The notes under the pieces: model-generated
Seen by the model: the letters and a program-made list of their open reading frames with translations, nothing else
What the model was told of the DNA's origin: nothing
Database searches by the model: none
Made by a program: the position numbers and the translations under genes
Part shown: piece by piece, positions 39,183-48,247 of the stretch
Layout of the letters: every line of letters starts with the position of its first letter
How positions within the stretch are numbered: the first letter of the stretch is position 1
Source of the DNA: an uncultured Candidatus Saccharibacteria bacterium
GTDB lineage: Bacteria; Patescibacteriota; WWE3; 2-01-FULL-39-13
Length of the DNA stretch: 64,000 nt
Assembly: GCA_965230915.1 (NCBI GenBank)
Contig: OZ246395.1
Span: 12,019 to 76,018, forward strand
Direction: 5' to 3'

Positions 39183-40268
39183 ATGCGAAAATTACTTGCA
39201 ATTTTTATATTAGCTATATCTCCGCTTTTTATTTTTTCTAACCGAGTATCAGCAAGAACAACACCAGACCCTGGCTACGGTATGGAGGCTCAATATATCG
39301 GTGAACCAGAAGTCACTCCCGAAAAAATTAAATTCAAGTTTATTGTAATGAATACTGGCAAGCTTAAATCTTGGGGCATAGATGTATATGTGGTCGGCTT
39401 TACAAGTAAGGGTTGTACTTATAGTCCTTCGCCCAATTTTAATATTGATGATCCTAATAATTCTTTTGGTTACAGTGGTCACCCTCCTACAGAATTTGAG
39501 GCAGAATGTACGATTACTACAGCTGTAGCTTCTGACCTTGATGGAGATATGTATCTCGATATATATAATGATGGAGAAGCCTGGGGGCCAAATAGTGATG
39601 TGATTATTGGCAGTAAGGCAATACAATATGATTTCGGATTTGGATCGGTAAGTTTCGACGGGTATCCAGAGGCACTAGGTGGAAATGTTTTTAAATTTAA
39701 ATTAACAGCTGGTCCTCGCGCAGTTGGTATAAATACTAATTTAGTTGTATCAAGTCCTTCGATACCTGCTTCATGGAATGGCGGGGGTGTATATAACTGT
39801 CCTGAAGTTAATTTTCCAGCATTAGGTGGAGTGGAAACAAAAGAAATTCAATGCGATTTTAACCAATTATCTCCGGGGAATTATAATATAGCAGCTGTTC
39901 TTGGTAAGCCAAGCGTCAGTGATACTGGAGGTGACACATTTGATACAACCGCGATAACCATTGTTGCCCCAGGGCAGCCACCGGTTCAACCTGGGGGCCC
40001 AGGTGGACCACCCATTGTTCCGCAATATAGTTTATTTGACTTGAATTCGTTCTTTGGACTTTTGCAAAATATAATAATTGCAATCGCTGTTGTTTCAGGT
40101 ATTTTTATTATTCCTTATGCATTTATATTAATGGCTAGTGGAAACCCTGAAAAAATTAAGCAAGGTACGGAATGGTTAAAGTCGATTTTATGGGGGTACT
40201 TGGTTGTCTTCTTAGCTGCAACCTTAATAAGATTTGTCGGAAGCGATATCTTAAGCCTCGGGATTTAA
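39183..40268 (+). CDS. Minor pilin/adhesin: two Ig-like domains plus C-terminal T4SS pilin domain
   Basis: Signal peptide ...VSA, beta-rich domains with Cys pairs, PG linker, AFILMASGNPEKIKQGTEWLKSILWGYLVV pilin motif (alternative ATG 39171). Confidence 0.8.
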   Translation: MRKLLAIFILAISPLFIFSNRVSARTTPDPGYGMEAQYIGEPEVTPEKIKFKFIVMNTGKLKSWGIDVYVVGFTSKGCTYSPSPNFNIDDPNNSFGYSGHPPTEFEAECTITTAVASDLDGDMYLDIYNDGEAWGPNSDVIIGSKAIQYDFGFGSVSFDGYPEALGGNVFKFKLTAGPRAVGINTNLVVSSPSIPASWNGGGVYNCPEVNFPALGGVETKEIQCDFNQLSPGNYNIAAVLGKPSVSDTGGDTFDTTAITIVAPGQPPVQPGGPGGPPIVPQYSLFDLNSFFGLLQNIIIAIAVVSGIFIIPYAFILMASGNPEKIKQGTEWLKSILWGYLVVFLAATLIRFVGSDILSLGI

Positions 40269-40269
40269 C

Positions 40270-40370
40270 TGAATTTACCAAATTATTTTTCCAAAAAGGT
40301 CCTCGGCTATATTGTCTTCGACAGATTATTAGACTGCGAAATTTTTTGTCAAAATAATTTGGTAAATTCA
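40270..40370. repeat. 101-bp element with 20-bp perfect terminal inverted repeats
   Basis: TGAATTTACCAAATTATTTT (40270-40289) / AAAATAATTTGGTAAATTCA (40351-40370). Confidence 0.85.
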
Positions 40371-40384
40371 CACAGCTGGCTTGC

Positions 40385-42220
40385 CTAATCTTTCACTTCT
40401 ATATTAAATAGGGCGCTTTTTATTTGAAGTGCTCCTGGGGCTCTAAGGTTAAATATAGCTTTAAAATCGTCTCCGCTAACTTTCATTTCTCCTTTATTAG
40501 TTTTAATTTTTACTTCTGAAGTTTCTCCACCTGAAGAATAAGTTACACTTACGTCGCTTACTTTGGTTATGCCTGACTTATCAGCGACATCATCGCGTGA
40601 CCATGTATCGTCGATGTCTTCTCCCCAACAACTTTCTGCATCAACTTGAGATAAGTGCTTTTGGTTATCTTTATCTTCTTTATACAAAGCGACGGCGCCA
40701 ACAATATCTGCAAATTCTTTTTCGGTTAACCATGGATGTTTGCGACCGCATGCTTCGCCGCCTCTAGTTTTGTACCAGCCTTTATAGAACCATGGGGAAC
40801 CACCTTTGCTTTCATAAGCTTCGCTTGTCCAACAATCTCTAGAACCGCATTTTGTATCCCAGCCACCCTTGGTTTTGTGACCTAAACTAGTGTATTGATA
40901 GTTATATCCACCGGATGAAGCGGCATATAGTGCTGAAAATATTTGATCGGTATCATTTCCGATCATTACCATACCTTTTGTTTCTTCAACTGCTTGATGC
41001 CATCGTGCAGCGGAGGATGCGGTGGCCTTTGATGACGACCAAACCTGACAACTTTCCGTGGTGCAAATCCTGCCTCCGCCCCCGCCACTACCATTGCGCC
41101 ATCCGACATATGCCATTGCGTATGTACGTGCAGCTATAGCTTGAGCTTTTAGAGCTTCCATTGGCCAATCGGCCGGCATTTCTGCGAGTCCTTTTAGATA
41201 TTTCCCATCTAGTGACATTTCCCCTTTATCTGTATTAATAGTATCTGGAAGATCCGGCTTGGTAATATCGACATCACCATAATATGCTTTCAAAATATCT
41301 TTGTAGTTTTGGCCAGATTCAGCACGGCCTTTTGCCCCATATTGGCTTAAACCCTGTCTATGTGGAGCTCCAAAAGAGAACCCTGCAAAGGCCGGTGAAA
41401 ATCCGGGATTATAATTAGCTTGTGATGCAGCGTCGCCCGTAGATGGAACATCTCCCACACTAGTAGTAAATGTTCCAGTTTTAGCTTCTAATAGTGATTT
41501 TTGTTTTGCAGATAATTCGTTAAGCTTGCGCTCTAGGCTGGCTTTTTCGTTTGAAACATTCCTAAGTTGTGCCTGTTGAGTCGCCGCCTGGGCTGATAGT
41601 TTTGAAACTAAAGTTTGAACCTCTTTTTTTTGCGTCTCTACCTGTGCTTTTATAGCTTCAACTTCCTTTTTATCACTTTCATATTGGGCAATATTTCCAT
41701 TGAGAGAGCCTATAAATTGTTTTGAGCTGTCGATAAAGCTTAAATGATATGCGGCATCTTCTGCAGCCTTAGAAAGGCTTGAAGTTGAGAAGAGCATCTC
41801 TAATAAGCTTTGCTGGTTCGATATATATAAACTTCTAACTGTTTTATCGCGGATTTTTGTGCTTGAATCTAGCTCAATCTTTTTTAGATCAAGTTTCTTA
41901 TTTAGGTTTGAGATATCATCTGTTAGCCCTTTGATTTGTGAATTTAAAGAATTAATCTGGCTTTGATTAACATTAATCTGGCCAGTTAAGTTCTTTATAG
42001 CTGCAGATATTGAATCGGCTTTCGCTTTTATATCGCTTAATTTGCCTTCTGTTTCTTTGATATCTTTCTCAAGCTCTTCTATTTCGGCATCTTCATCAGC
42101 ATATGAATAGGTGGTAAACTGGCTAGATATAGCCAACACAGATATGAAAGTGTAAAGAGTGAGCAAAAAGATCTTAAGTAATGTCTTTGGGGCTCTATTT
42201 CGATTTGGCAGCATCTCCAT
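40385..42220 (-). CDS. SpoIID/LytB-domain lytic transglycosylase with N-terminal coiled coil
   Basis: HRQGLSQYGA, YLKGLAEMPADWPMEALKAQAIAARTYA, ICTTESCQV; signal peptide and long heptad region. Confidence 0.9.
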   Translation of the reverse strand: MEMLPNRNRAPKTLLKIFLLTLYTFISVLAISSQFTTYSYADEDAEIEELEKDIKETEGKLSDIKAKADSISAAIKNLTGQINVNQSQINSLNSQIKGLTDDISNLNKKLDLKKIELDSSTKIRDKTVRSLYISNQQSLLEMLFSTSSLSKAAEDAAYHLSFIDSSKQFIGSLNGNIAQYESDKKEVEAIKAQVETQKKEVQTLVSKLSAQAATQQAQLRNVSNEKASLERKLNELSAKQKSLLEAKTGTFTTSVGDVPSTGDAASQANYNPGFSPAFAGFSFGAPHRQGLSQYGAKGRAESGQNYKDILKAYYGDVDITKPDLPDTINTDKGEMSLDGKYLKGLAEMPADWPMEALKAQAIAARTYAMAYVGWRNGSGGGGGRICTTESCQVWSSSKATASSAARWHQAVEETKGMVMIGNDTDQIFSALYAASSGGYNYQYTSLGHKTKGGWDTKCGSRDCWTSEAYESKGGSPWFYKGWYKTRGGEACGRKHPWLTEKEFADIVGAVALYKEDKDNQKHLSQVDAESCWGEDIDDTWSRDDVADKSGITKVSDVSVTYSSGGETSEVKIKTNKGEMKVSGDDFKAIFNLRAPGALQIKSALFNIEVKD

Positions 42221-42328
42221 TGAATTATTATAGCATTTAGTTTACAATACTATGATTTTATGGATACAATTGTAGTAAGTTAGTTAGTCAAAATTATTTT
42301 AATTAAAAAACACCAAGGAGGTGTAAGA

Positions 42329-42748
42329 ATGAACAAGGTTAAATATTTAAGCTCTTTAATAGTAGCAGGAGCAACTTTAGCGGCAACTACAGTCGCAGCT
42401 AATGCACAACCATCAGGCGGAATCAGCGCTTCATCATTAAAGGTTACTAGCAGTATCGGAAACATCACAGACATATCTACTGGTGTAACTTTCATTTTGA
42501 ACTTATTCGTATATTTAGGATGGATCGGAGTTATAGTTGGAGTTGGTTTAGCTGTATTTGGTTTGGTATACAAACTTATAAATACTGATAGCGAAGAAGC
42601 AATGAAAACTGTTCAAGGCTACTTGACCAAAGCTGTTTTGATTGTTGTTGCTGGTATTTTATTGATCGGTGCAGGATTTATCGTAAAGACTGTCGCTGGT
42701 TTATTCAATGTAACACCATTAACAGTATCATCGTTTAGTTCTCAATAA
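42329..42748 (+). CDS. Probable major VirB2/TrbC-like pilin
   Basis: Signal peptide ...AANAQ, TM-NTDSEEAMKTVQ-TM, strong AGGAGGT RBS and TACAAT promoter. Confidence 0.7.
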   Translation: MNKVKYLSSLIVAGATLAATTVAANAQPSGGISASSLKVTSSIGNITDISTGVTFILNLFVYLGWIGVIVGVGLAVFGLVYKLINTDSEEAMKTVQGYLTKAVLIVVAGILLIGAGFIVKTVAGLFNVTPLTVSSFSSQ

Positions 42749-42763
42749 AGATAGCTAAAACCG

Positions 42764-42810
42764 TGTGCAAGAAGTTGGCGAGCTTTTTTAAAGATTGTCA
42801 TTCTTGCACA
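42764..42810 (+). terminator. Hairpin plus T-run between the two pilin genes
   Basis: TGTGCAAGAA/TTCTTGCACA stem, inner pairing, followed by TTTTT. Confidence 0.6.
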
Positions 42811-42820
42811 TTTTTAATAT

Positions 42821-43180
42821 ATGTCTTGTGACTCATTTTTAGATTGTATAAACGATCCAATCGTAGATAACAAATTACCCGCAGAGAATATTGTTGTAGA
42901 TGTCAGCACTACTACTATTTACGTTGTAAACTTATCCTTATTTGCTTTTCAAGTAATATTATTTGTGGCGGTTGTTTATTTTATATTTAAAGGCATTCTT
43001 TCCATAATTCGCGCTGATTCTTCAGAAGCATTCGAAAAATTCCAAGGGGCTATTACTAATGCTGTTTTTGCTGCCGTTGGCTTAGTTCTGCTAGTTGGCT
43101 CAAGATTTATATTCGTGGCTGTTTTGAGAATGGTGGGGATTCCAGATGCGGAAAATCTCTTTATTAACTTACCTTTCTAG
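42821..43180 (+). CDS. Pilin-like (VirB2/TrbC-type) protein without signal peptide
   Basis: GILSIIRADSSEAFEKFQGAITNAVFAAVGL is paralogous to the 42329 loop. Confidence 0.65.
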   Translation: MSCDSFLDCINDPIVDNKLPAENIVVDVSTTTIYVVNLSLFAFQVILFVAVVYFIFKGILSIIRADSSEAFEKFQGAITNAVFAAVGLVLLVGSRFIFVAVLRMVGIPDAENLFINLPF

Positions 43181-45421
43181 CCAAGCATTATTTGTATAAA
43201 CAGTATAAAACTGATTATCATCTATTCGTGTCCCATACTTCATAAAAATTTCTTTTGCAATTTTATTGTTTATATCATTTAAACACTGAATTTCCACAAA
43301 CGAAGATACTTTATTAAAAACGAAATATTTGAAGTTATAATTTTCATTCATTTTTAAGAAATCTTCTTCAGAATATTTATCTGTATACATATCAAAGTAA
43401 ACAGCTCTATTAAAGTAATCATCGATGTAATAGCTTATGTTAGAAAAAGATGGAAACGAAGAGAAAAGTATTTTTTCGTTTGATTTATTTAATACATTCG
43501 ATGTGTTTTCCGCTTGTAAATAGATTCCACCATAAACATCTTTAGTCAGTTCTTGTCTTGAGTGTTCTGGGGCAATATAAATCGAGAGAGCTTCGGTTAG
43601 AATAGTTGCATTCATATATACGACCACGCTAAAGGCTATAAAATATTTGAAAATATACCAATAATTATCTTTAGTAAGGTAAATGCTCGAAATTAAGAAA
43701 AATAAAACAAAGGCTAGTGCCGGATACCAAACAATAATCGGAGTCATGTATATAATCGGGATTGCAAATAAAATCGCAATTATAAAAATTATCATTTGTG
43801 AATTAAATTGAAGCTTTGGCTTTTTTGCTAAGAAATAAAATAATGCAATTAGCATCGTTGTTGAAATCCAAATTCCAGGGTCCCCAAGCGAAATTGATAT
43901 AGCAGCATTTTTAGGGAATGCAATTATTAATAAAGCTTTCAAATATTTAAGTGAGTCAGTCGGAAGGCCATAATAAGATTCTTGTTCATATGTAACGATA
44001 TTTTGTAGACACGAACTCAACTGCATTGGCATAAAAGTGTCTTTCGCCATTGGAAATAAACCAAATCCAATATTTTCAAAAAAAGGAATGTTTGATCTGT
44101 AAAACAAAAACCAAATAAGTGGAACTAATAAAGTTATTCCAAAATTAATTACTAACTGTTTTGCGGACTCTAGTAAATTGATTTTGTTTTTATAATTTAT
44201 GAAAATTAAGACTAAAAGATATGATGGAATCAAAAAAACAGATGTTAATTTTATTAGTATACTGTATCCCAAAAAGATTGATCCTAAATATAAAAACTTA
44301 GGATTTATATTTTCCTTATATTTTAAAAGAAGGCTAATAAAAGTAAGCTGAACCAAGGCGAGAACTACATCTATTTTAAATTCTCCTATTAAAATTCTTA
44401 AGAAGGGTGGAAAGAATATTGCTGGAAGCAATGCCCAATATATAACTCTCTTTGGATTAAATAAATTTTTTGCTATTAAATATATCGGGATTACAATGTT
44501 CAACGATAAAATTTTAAATATAAAATTCGCCTGAGCCGATCCAGCTATTTTAAATGCTGGAGCCATTAAAACTTCTGCAATAAAAGGAACAACTTGGAAT
44601 CCATCAGTTCTAGGTAATGCACCGTTGTTTGCAATATCTTGAATGATATTTAAATACATTCTTAGCGCATCAGGCCCGGGGGGAAGTTCCTGTTGTGCGA
44701 ATATTAGTATTGCTGTCAAAAAAAGCAAAGTGATTATTGTAAGGGCAATTTCAATAGGTCTTAAGTCAATGGTTTTGTTCCAGGTTACAATCTTCTGTAG
44801 GCTTTTTAGTGTTAGTGACTTTTTGTAATCATAGATAAAAACCCAAAGTGCCGGCAAAAATATAAGCGAAATACTTATAAAGTTTAGTAGCGAATATCCA
44901 GCAATAAAAAATACAAAGAATCCGACTAGCATCATTCCACTTATAAGAGAATAAAGATATTTCTCGATTCGACTCAAATTAATATATAAATTCTTTAATA
45001 TAGCTTTGGTTAATAATTTCCCATAAGTAAGAATCGTTATTAAGTAAGCTGCTAATAAAATAATCCCAATAGACGATATTTTTATAGATAGCAAAAATGA
45101 TTTTGAGATACTAAAAAATAAATTTATATCTATCTTTTGATTTAGACCATTTGTAAAAAAGGCGAAATTGTATAGAAGTAAAAGAGATATGTAACTAATT
45201 AAGAATGAAATAGCTATTTTAATTGTGGTTATCTTGATAGGTCTTTTTATATTTTTAAATAGACCAAGAATTAATATAATTTCAACCAAAACTGCTGCAG
45301 CGGCAAGAATTAACAGTGGGTTTCTAGATAAGAAAAAAATGAAAGAAATGGCTAGCAGTAATACTATCAAAAGTCTCTGCCACTTTATATTCAGTATGTT
45401 TTTGAAGTCTATAATTTTCAT
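43169..45421 (-). CDS. GT-C fold (PMT/ArnT-like) glycosyltransferase
   Basis: Very hydrophobic; PPGPDALRMYL, GEFKID, GYSILIKLT motifs; soluble C-terminal domain. Confidence 0.65.
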   Translation of the reverse strand: MKIIDFKNILNIKWQRLLIVLLLAISFIFFLSRNPLLILAAAAVLVEIILILGLFKNIKRPIKITTIKIAISFLISYISLLLLYNFAFFTNGLNQKIDINLFFSISKSFLLSIKISSIGIILLAAYLITILTYGKLLTKAILKNLYINLSRIEKYLYSLISGMMLVGFFVFFIAGYSLLNFISISLIFLPALWVFIYDYKKSLTLKSLQKIVTWNKTIDLRPIEIALTIITLLFLTAILIFAQQELPPGPDALRMYLNIIQDIANNGALPRTDGFQVVPFIAEVLMAPAFKIAGSAQANFIFKILSLNIVIPIYLIAKNLFNPKRVIYWALLPAIFFPPFLRILIGEFKIDVVLALVQLTFISLLLKYKENINPKFLYLGSIFLGYSILIKLTSVFLIPSYLLVLIFINYKNKINLLESAKQLVINFGITLLVPLIWFLFYRSNIPFFENIGFGLFPMAKDTFMPMQLSSCLQNIVTYEQESYYGLPTDSLKYLKALLIIAFPKNAAISISLGDPGIWISTTMLIALFYFLAKKPKLQFNSQMIIFIIAILFAIPIIYMTPIIVWYPALAFVLFFLISSIYLTKDNYWYIFKYFIAFSVVVYMNATILTEALSIYIAPEHSRQELTKDVYGGIYLQAENTSNVLNKSNEKILFSSFPSFSNISYYIDDYFNRAVYFDMYTDKYSEEDFLKMNENYNFKYFVFNKVSSFVEIQCLNDINNKIAKEIFMKYGTRIDDNQFYTVYTNNAWLER

Positions 45422-45468
45422 TCTAGAGAGATATTTATTTGAAAGCTAAATATCATTATAATATAGAT

Positions 45469-45891
45469 ATGCTAAAAGCCATCGCAAGAATTATTGATTT
45501 TGTCACCTGGATTGTTTGTTTTTTGTTAGTCGCGCGTTTTGTAACTCATTTTTTTGGAACCAAATCCGATGCTCCCCTTATCGAGTGGCTTTATGGAACT
45601 ACGACCGATTTAATATCACCTTTCGCTAATTTTTTTGGTGTAGTGACTATTGGGTCAGGTTATAAGATCGATTCACCCGCAATTGTTGCGGTAATTATCT
45701 ATGGAATAGTCGGCTATGGCCTTGTTGCTTTATTAGACTCTATAGCAAATCATTTTGCCTTTAAGCCTAAAATTCATGAAATGGTTTCTCCGAATCCTAC
45801 TGCGCCGAGTGTAATAGAGCAAAAGCCCATAAATGAACCAGTCGACCTAAAAACTGAAGTTCCCTCGATCTCCGGCGGAAAAACTATTTAG
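45469..45891 (+). CDS. YggT-family membrane protein
   Basis: RF...FG...WLYGTTTDLISPF...DSPAIVAVIIY. Confidence 0.75.
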   Translation: MLKAIARIIDFVTWIVCFLLVARFVTHFFGTKSDAPLIEWLYGTTTDLISPFANFFGVVTIGSGYKIDSPAIVAVIIYGIVGYGLVALLDSIANHFAFKPKIHEMVSPNPTAPSVIEQKPINEPVDLKTEVPSISGGKTI

Positions 45892-45900
45892 AGTTAAGAG

Positions 45901-47250
45901 TTAATTTTCAGTTTTAGTAAACGAAGATTTAGTAAGAGGATAATTTATTATTTTTGCATTTTTATTCCCGGGTAATGGGAATGGCTCTCCCTCAAAGTCT
46001 GATATTTTGTAATCCCCAAAAATAAAATCTTCTGGCTTCATAATTATTTTGCCTTTCCACGCCGGGACTTCGTTCCAACCCATTACACCTATTACTTTTA
46101 TATTGTCTTTGCCCAGATAATATTGGTACGGGAATAACCATCCAGCATTTTCTATCAGAACAACTTGATTCTCTCTTAGTAACTGGGCCTTATCAGAGAT
46201 ATTTATTTTTAGATATGAATTCCAATAGCCGAAAGCATAAATATTTATAAGGCTTACAGATATTAGTATCATGCTCAATGTTATTTTATTGTGAATTATC
46301 CTATCTAAATAAACTGCCAATATAATAAAAATAGGTGCAAATGAAAACCAATAATACCTCCAATAGAATATATGACTCTGGAAAGATATTATTGTAAATA
46401 TAATTAGCGATCCCAGAGCAGATAACCACAGTAAACTATAAAAAGTGTTTGGTGTATTTTTTATAGTTTCAATATCCTTTTTCCCATATTTAATTAGGCT
46501 ATATATGAATACAATAGTTATTATTAAATATATTGGGCCTGTCGAATCAAAAAAATCTGAAAGGCGTCCTATATAGAGTTGAATTGGGAGAGCAAAGAGC
46601 GTAAATAAATTAGGATTAGTTGATACCCAGGTATTTATTGAGCCGTCAGAAATCTTTACTAAATAGAATGTTATTAGCCAAGGTATATAGAATATAAAAG
46701 AAATTACATTATAAATTGATAATCTTATCGATAAATCTTTATCTTTAAAAAATAAAACTCCAAAATATAAAAATAGACCTAACACAAAAAATAGTGAGGA
46801 GGTGTTCAAAAACAATAGAACAACATTCGTTAAAATAAACCAAGCCGATCTTTTATTTATTAAAATGAGCGATATCAAAACTAATGCTGCCTGCATTATA
46901 TACATACGACCTTCTGTTGCAAAATAAAGCATTGCCGGAGAAGTAAAAATAAATACAAGAAAAGCATATCTAGTGTACTTTTCTATTTCCATGAATTTTA
47001 GTGCTTTATTAAATAATGGAATAAATAGTAAATATGTAATTAAGCTCGGAATACGTATCGCGAAGGGTGAACTTCCAAATATAATCATCCAGTAATGTAT
47101 AAAATAATAATAAAGTGGAGGGTTAAAGTCAGAAAGTGTCAGAAAAGTTATATCTGAAATACTTTTTTGCGATAAAAATATGGTGAAGGTTTCGTCTAAC
47201 CAAAGTCCGTCCCATAAAGAAGTGAATGTTCCAGCTAAATATTCGATCAT
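45901..47250 (-). CDS. GT-C fold glycosyltransferase (GT39/PMT_2-like)
   Basis: GLWLDETFT, DFNPPLYY, AIRIPS, EGRMY motifs. Confidence 0.85.
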   Translation of the reverse strand: MIEYLAGTFTSLWDGLWLDETFTIFLSQKSISDITFLTLSDFNPPLYYYFIHYWMIIFGSSPFAIRIPSLITYLLFIPLFNKALKFMEIEKYTRYAFLVFIFTSPAMLYFATEGRMYIMQAALVLISLILINKRSAWFILTNVVLLFLNTSSLFFVLGLFLYFGVLFFKDKDLSIRLSIYNVISFIFYIPWLITFYLVKISDGSINTWVSTNPNLFTLFALPIQLYIGRLSDFFDSTGPIYLIITIVFIYSLIKYGKKDIETIKNTPNTFYSLLWLSALGSLIIFTIISFQSHIFYWRYYWFSFAPIFIILAVYLDRIIHNKITLSMILISVSLINIYAFGYWNSYLKINISDKAQLLRENQVVLIENAGWLFPYQYYLGKDNIKVIGVMGWNEVPAWKGKIIMKPEDFIFGDYKISDFEGEPFPLPGNKNAKIINYPLTKSSFTKTEN

Positions 47251-47299
47251 ATGTATAAATAATAAAGTGACTTGTATTAAAGTCCAAGCAATAAGTATT

Positions 47300-47326
47300 A
47301 AAAAAAGACCTTTTCAGGTCTCTTTC
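47300..47326 (-). terminator. Terminator downstream of tmRNA
   Basis: On the minus strand: AGACCT-GAAA-AGGTCT-TTTTTT. Confidence 0.8.
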
Positions 47327-47345
47327 AAATTCTCGGAATATTATA

Positions 47346-47718
47346 TGGTGGAGATGGAGGGAATCGAACCCTCGTGCTAATAGATTTTCCGTTCAAAGTA
47401 TTACAAGCTTCGCAGTTTTAAAAATTTATATAAACCTAGTAAAACTGCAAAAGGTGTTTATATAAATGATTCCTTACTTTCGTAAAGCGTGTCTTGCGAC
47501 TTCCAATGTAGGTTGAGCTTAATAGAAAGACATTGGCAAACTTTGATCTATTAAACTGCTGATGGATAATTCCGTTCGTTTAGATTAAGCGTAAGCTATT
47601 TCGTAAACGTCAGCTGTAACGTTGTTATTGACGTTTGATTTTTGATTCAGTTTTAAGACTTATATCAGGTCTGCTTGCTTCAGACGAAGTGTCTGCTAGG
47701 CGATGCCTTGACATCCCC
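47346..47718 (-). ncRNA. ssrA: tmRNA; predicted tag (A)VNNNVTADVYEIAYA*
   Basis: 5' GGGGATG pairs with 3' CATCTCC-ACCA (G3-U), GGTTCGATTCC T-arm, 373 nt, adjacent to smpB; tag frame 47632-47585. Confidence 0.95.
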
Positions 47719-47773
47719 AAACGTGAGAAATATCTCATTTCTAAGCTAGTTTGTCAAGAGCTATAGGCTTAAA

Positions 47774-48229
47774 TCAGCGCAGTCTCGCGGTTTTCATAGT
47801 GCGCTCAATTTCACGCTTTTCTTGTTTCTCAATAAGATCTTGTCGCTTATCTGATTTCTTTTTTCCGCGGGCAAGACCAACAGAAATTTTTATTAATCCA
47901 CCTTTGGTGTATAAAACTAACGGAATCAAAGTGTAACCTTGTTGGTTAACTTTTCCTTCTAGGGATTTTATTTCTGATTTATGCATTAATAATTTCCTAG
48001 TTCTTGAAGGATCATAGTTCAAAATTATTCCAGCCTTTGCATATAGGGGAATGTTGAGCCCGATTAATGAAACTGAGTCATGTGTAATTTTAATGTGAGC
48101 TCCGGTTAAAGTTCCCTGGCCTTCTTTTAAAGCCTTAACTTCAAACCCTAGCAATTTTATTCCGGCTTCGTAAGTTTCTAATATTTCGTAATCATAATGA
48201 GCTCGACGGTTTTTGATTAAACTTGGCAT
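47774..48229 (-). CDS. smpB: SsrA-binding protein
   Basis: NRRAHYDY, EAGIKLLGFEVK, RTRKLLMHK, ARGKKKSDKR. Confidence 0.98.
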   Translation of the reverse strand: MPSLIKNRRAHYDYEILETYEAGIKLLGFEVKALKEGQGTLTGAHIKITHDSVSLIGLNIPLYAKAGIILNYDPSRTRKLLMHKSEIKSLEGKVNQQGYTLIPLVLYTKGGLIKISVGLARGKKKSDKRQDLIEKQEKREIERTMKTARLR

Positions 48230-48247
48230 ATTCGTTCCCTTTATTAT

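Noticed and set aside
47346-47377. Stand-alone tRNA on the minus strand
   Set aside because: It is the tRNA-like 3' end of tmRNA and pairs with 47712-47718.
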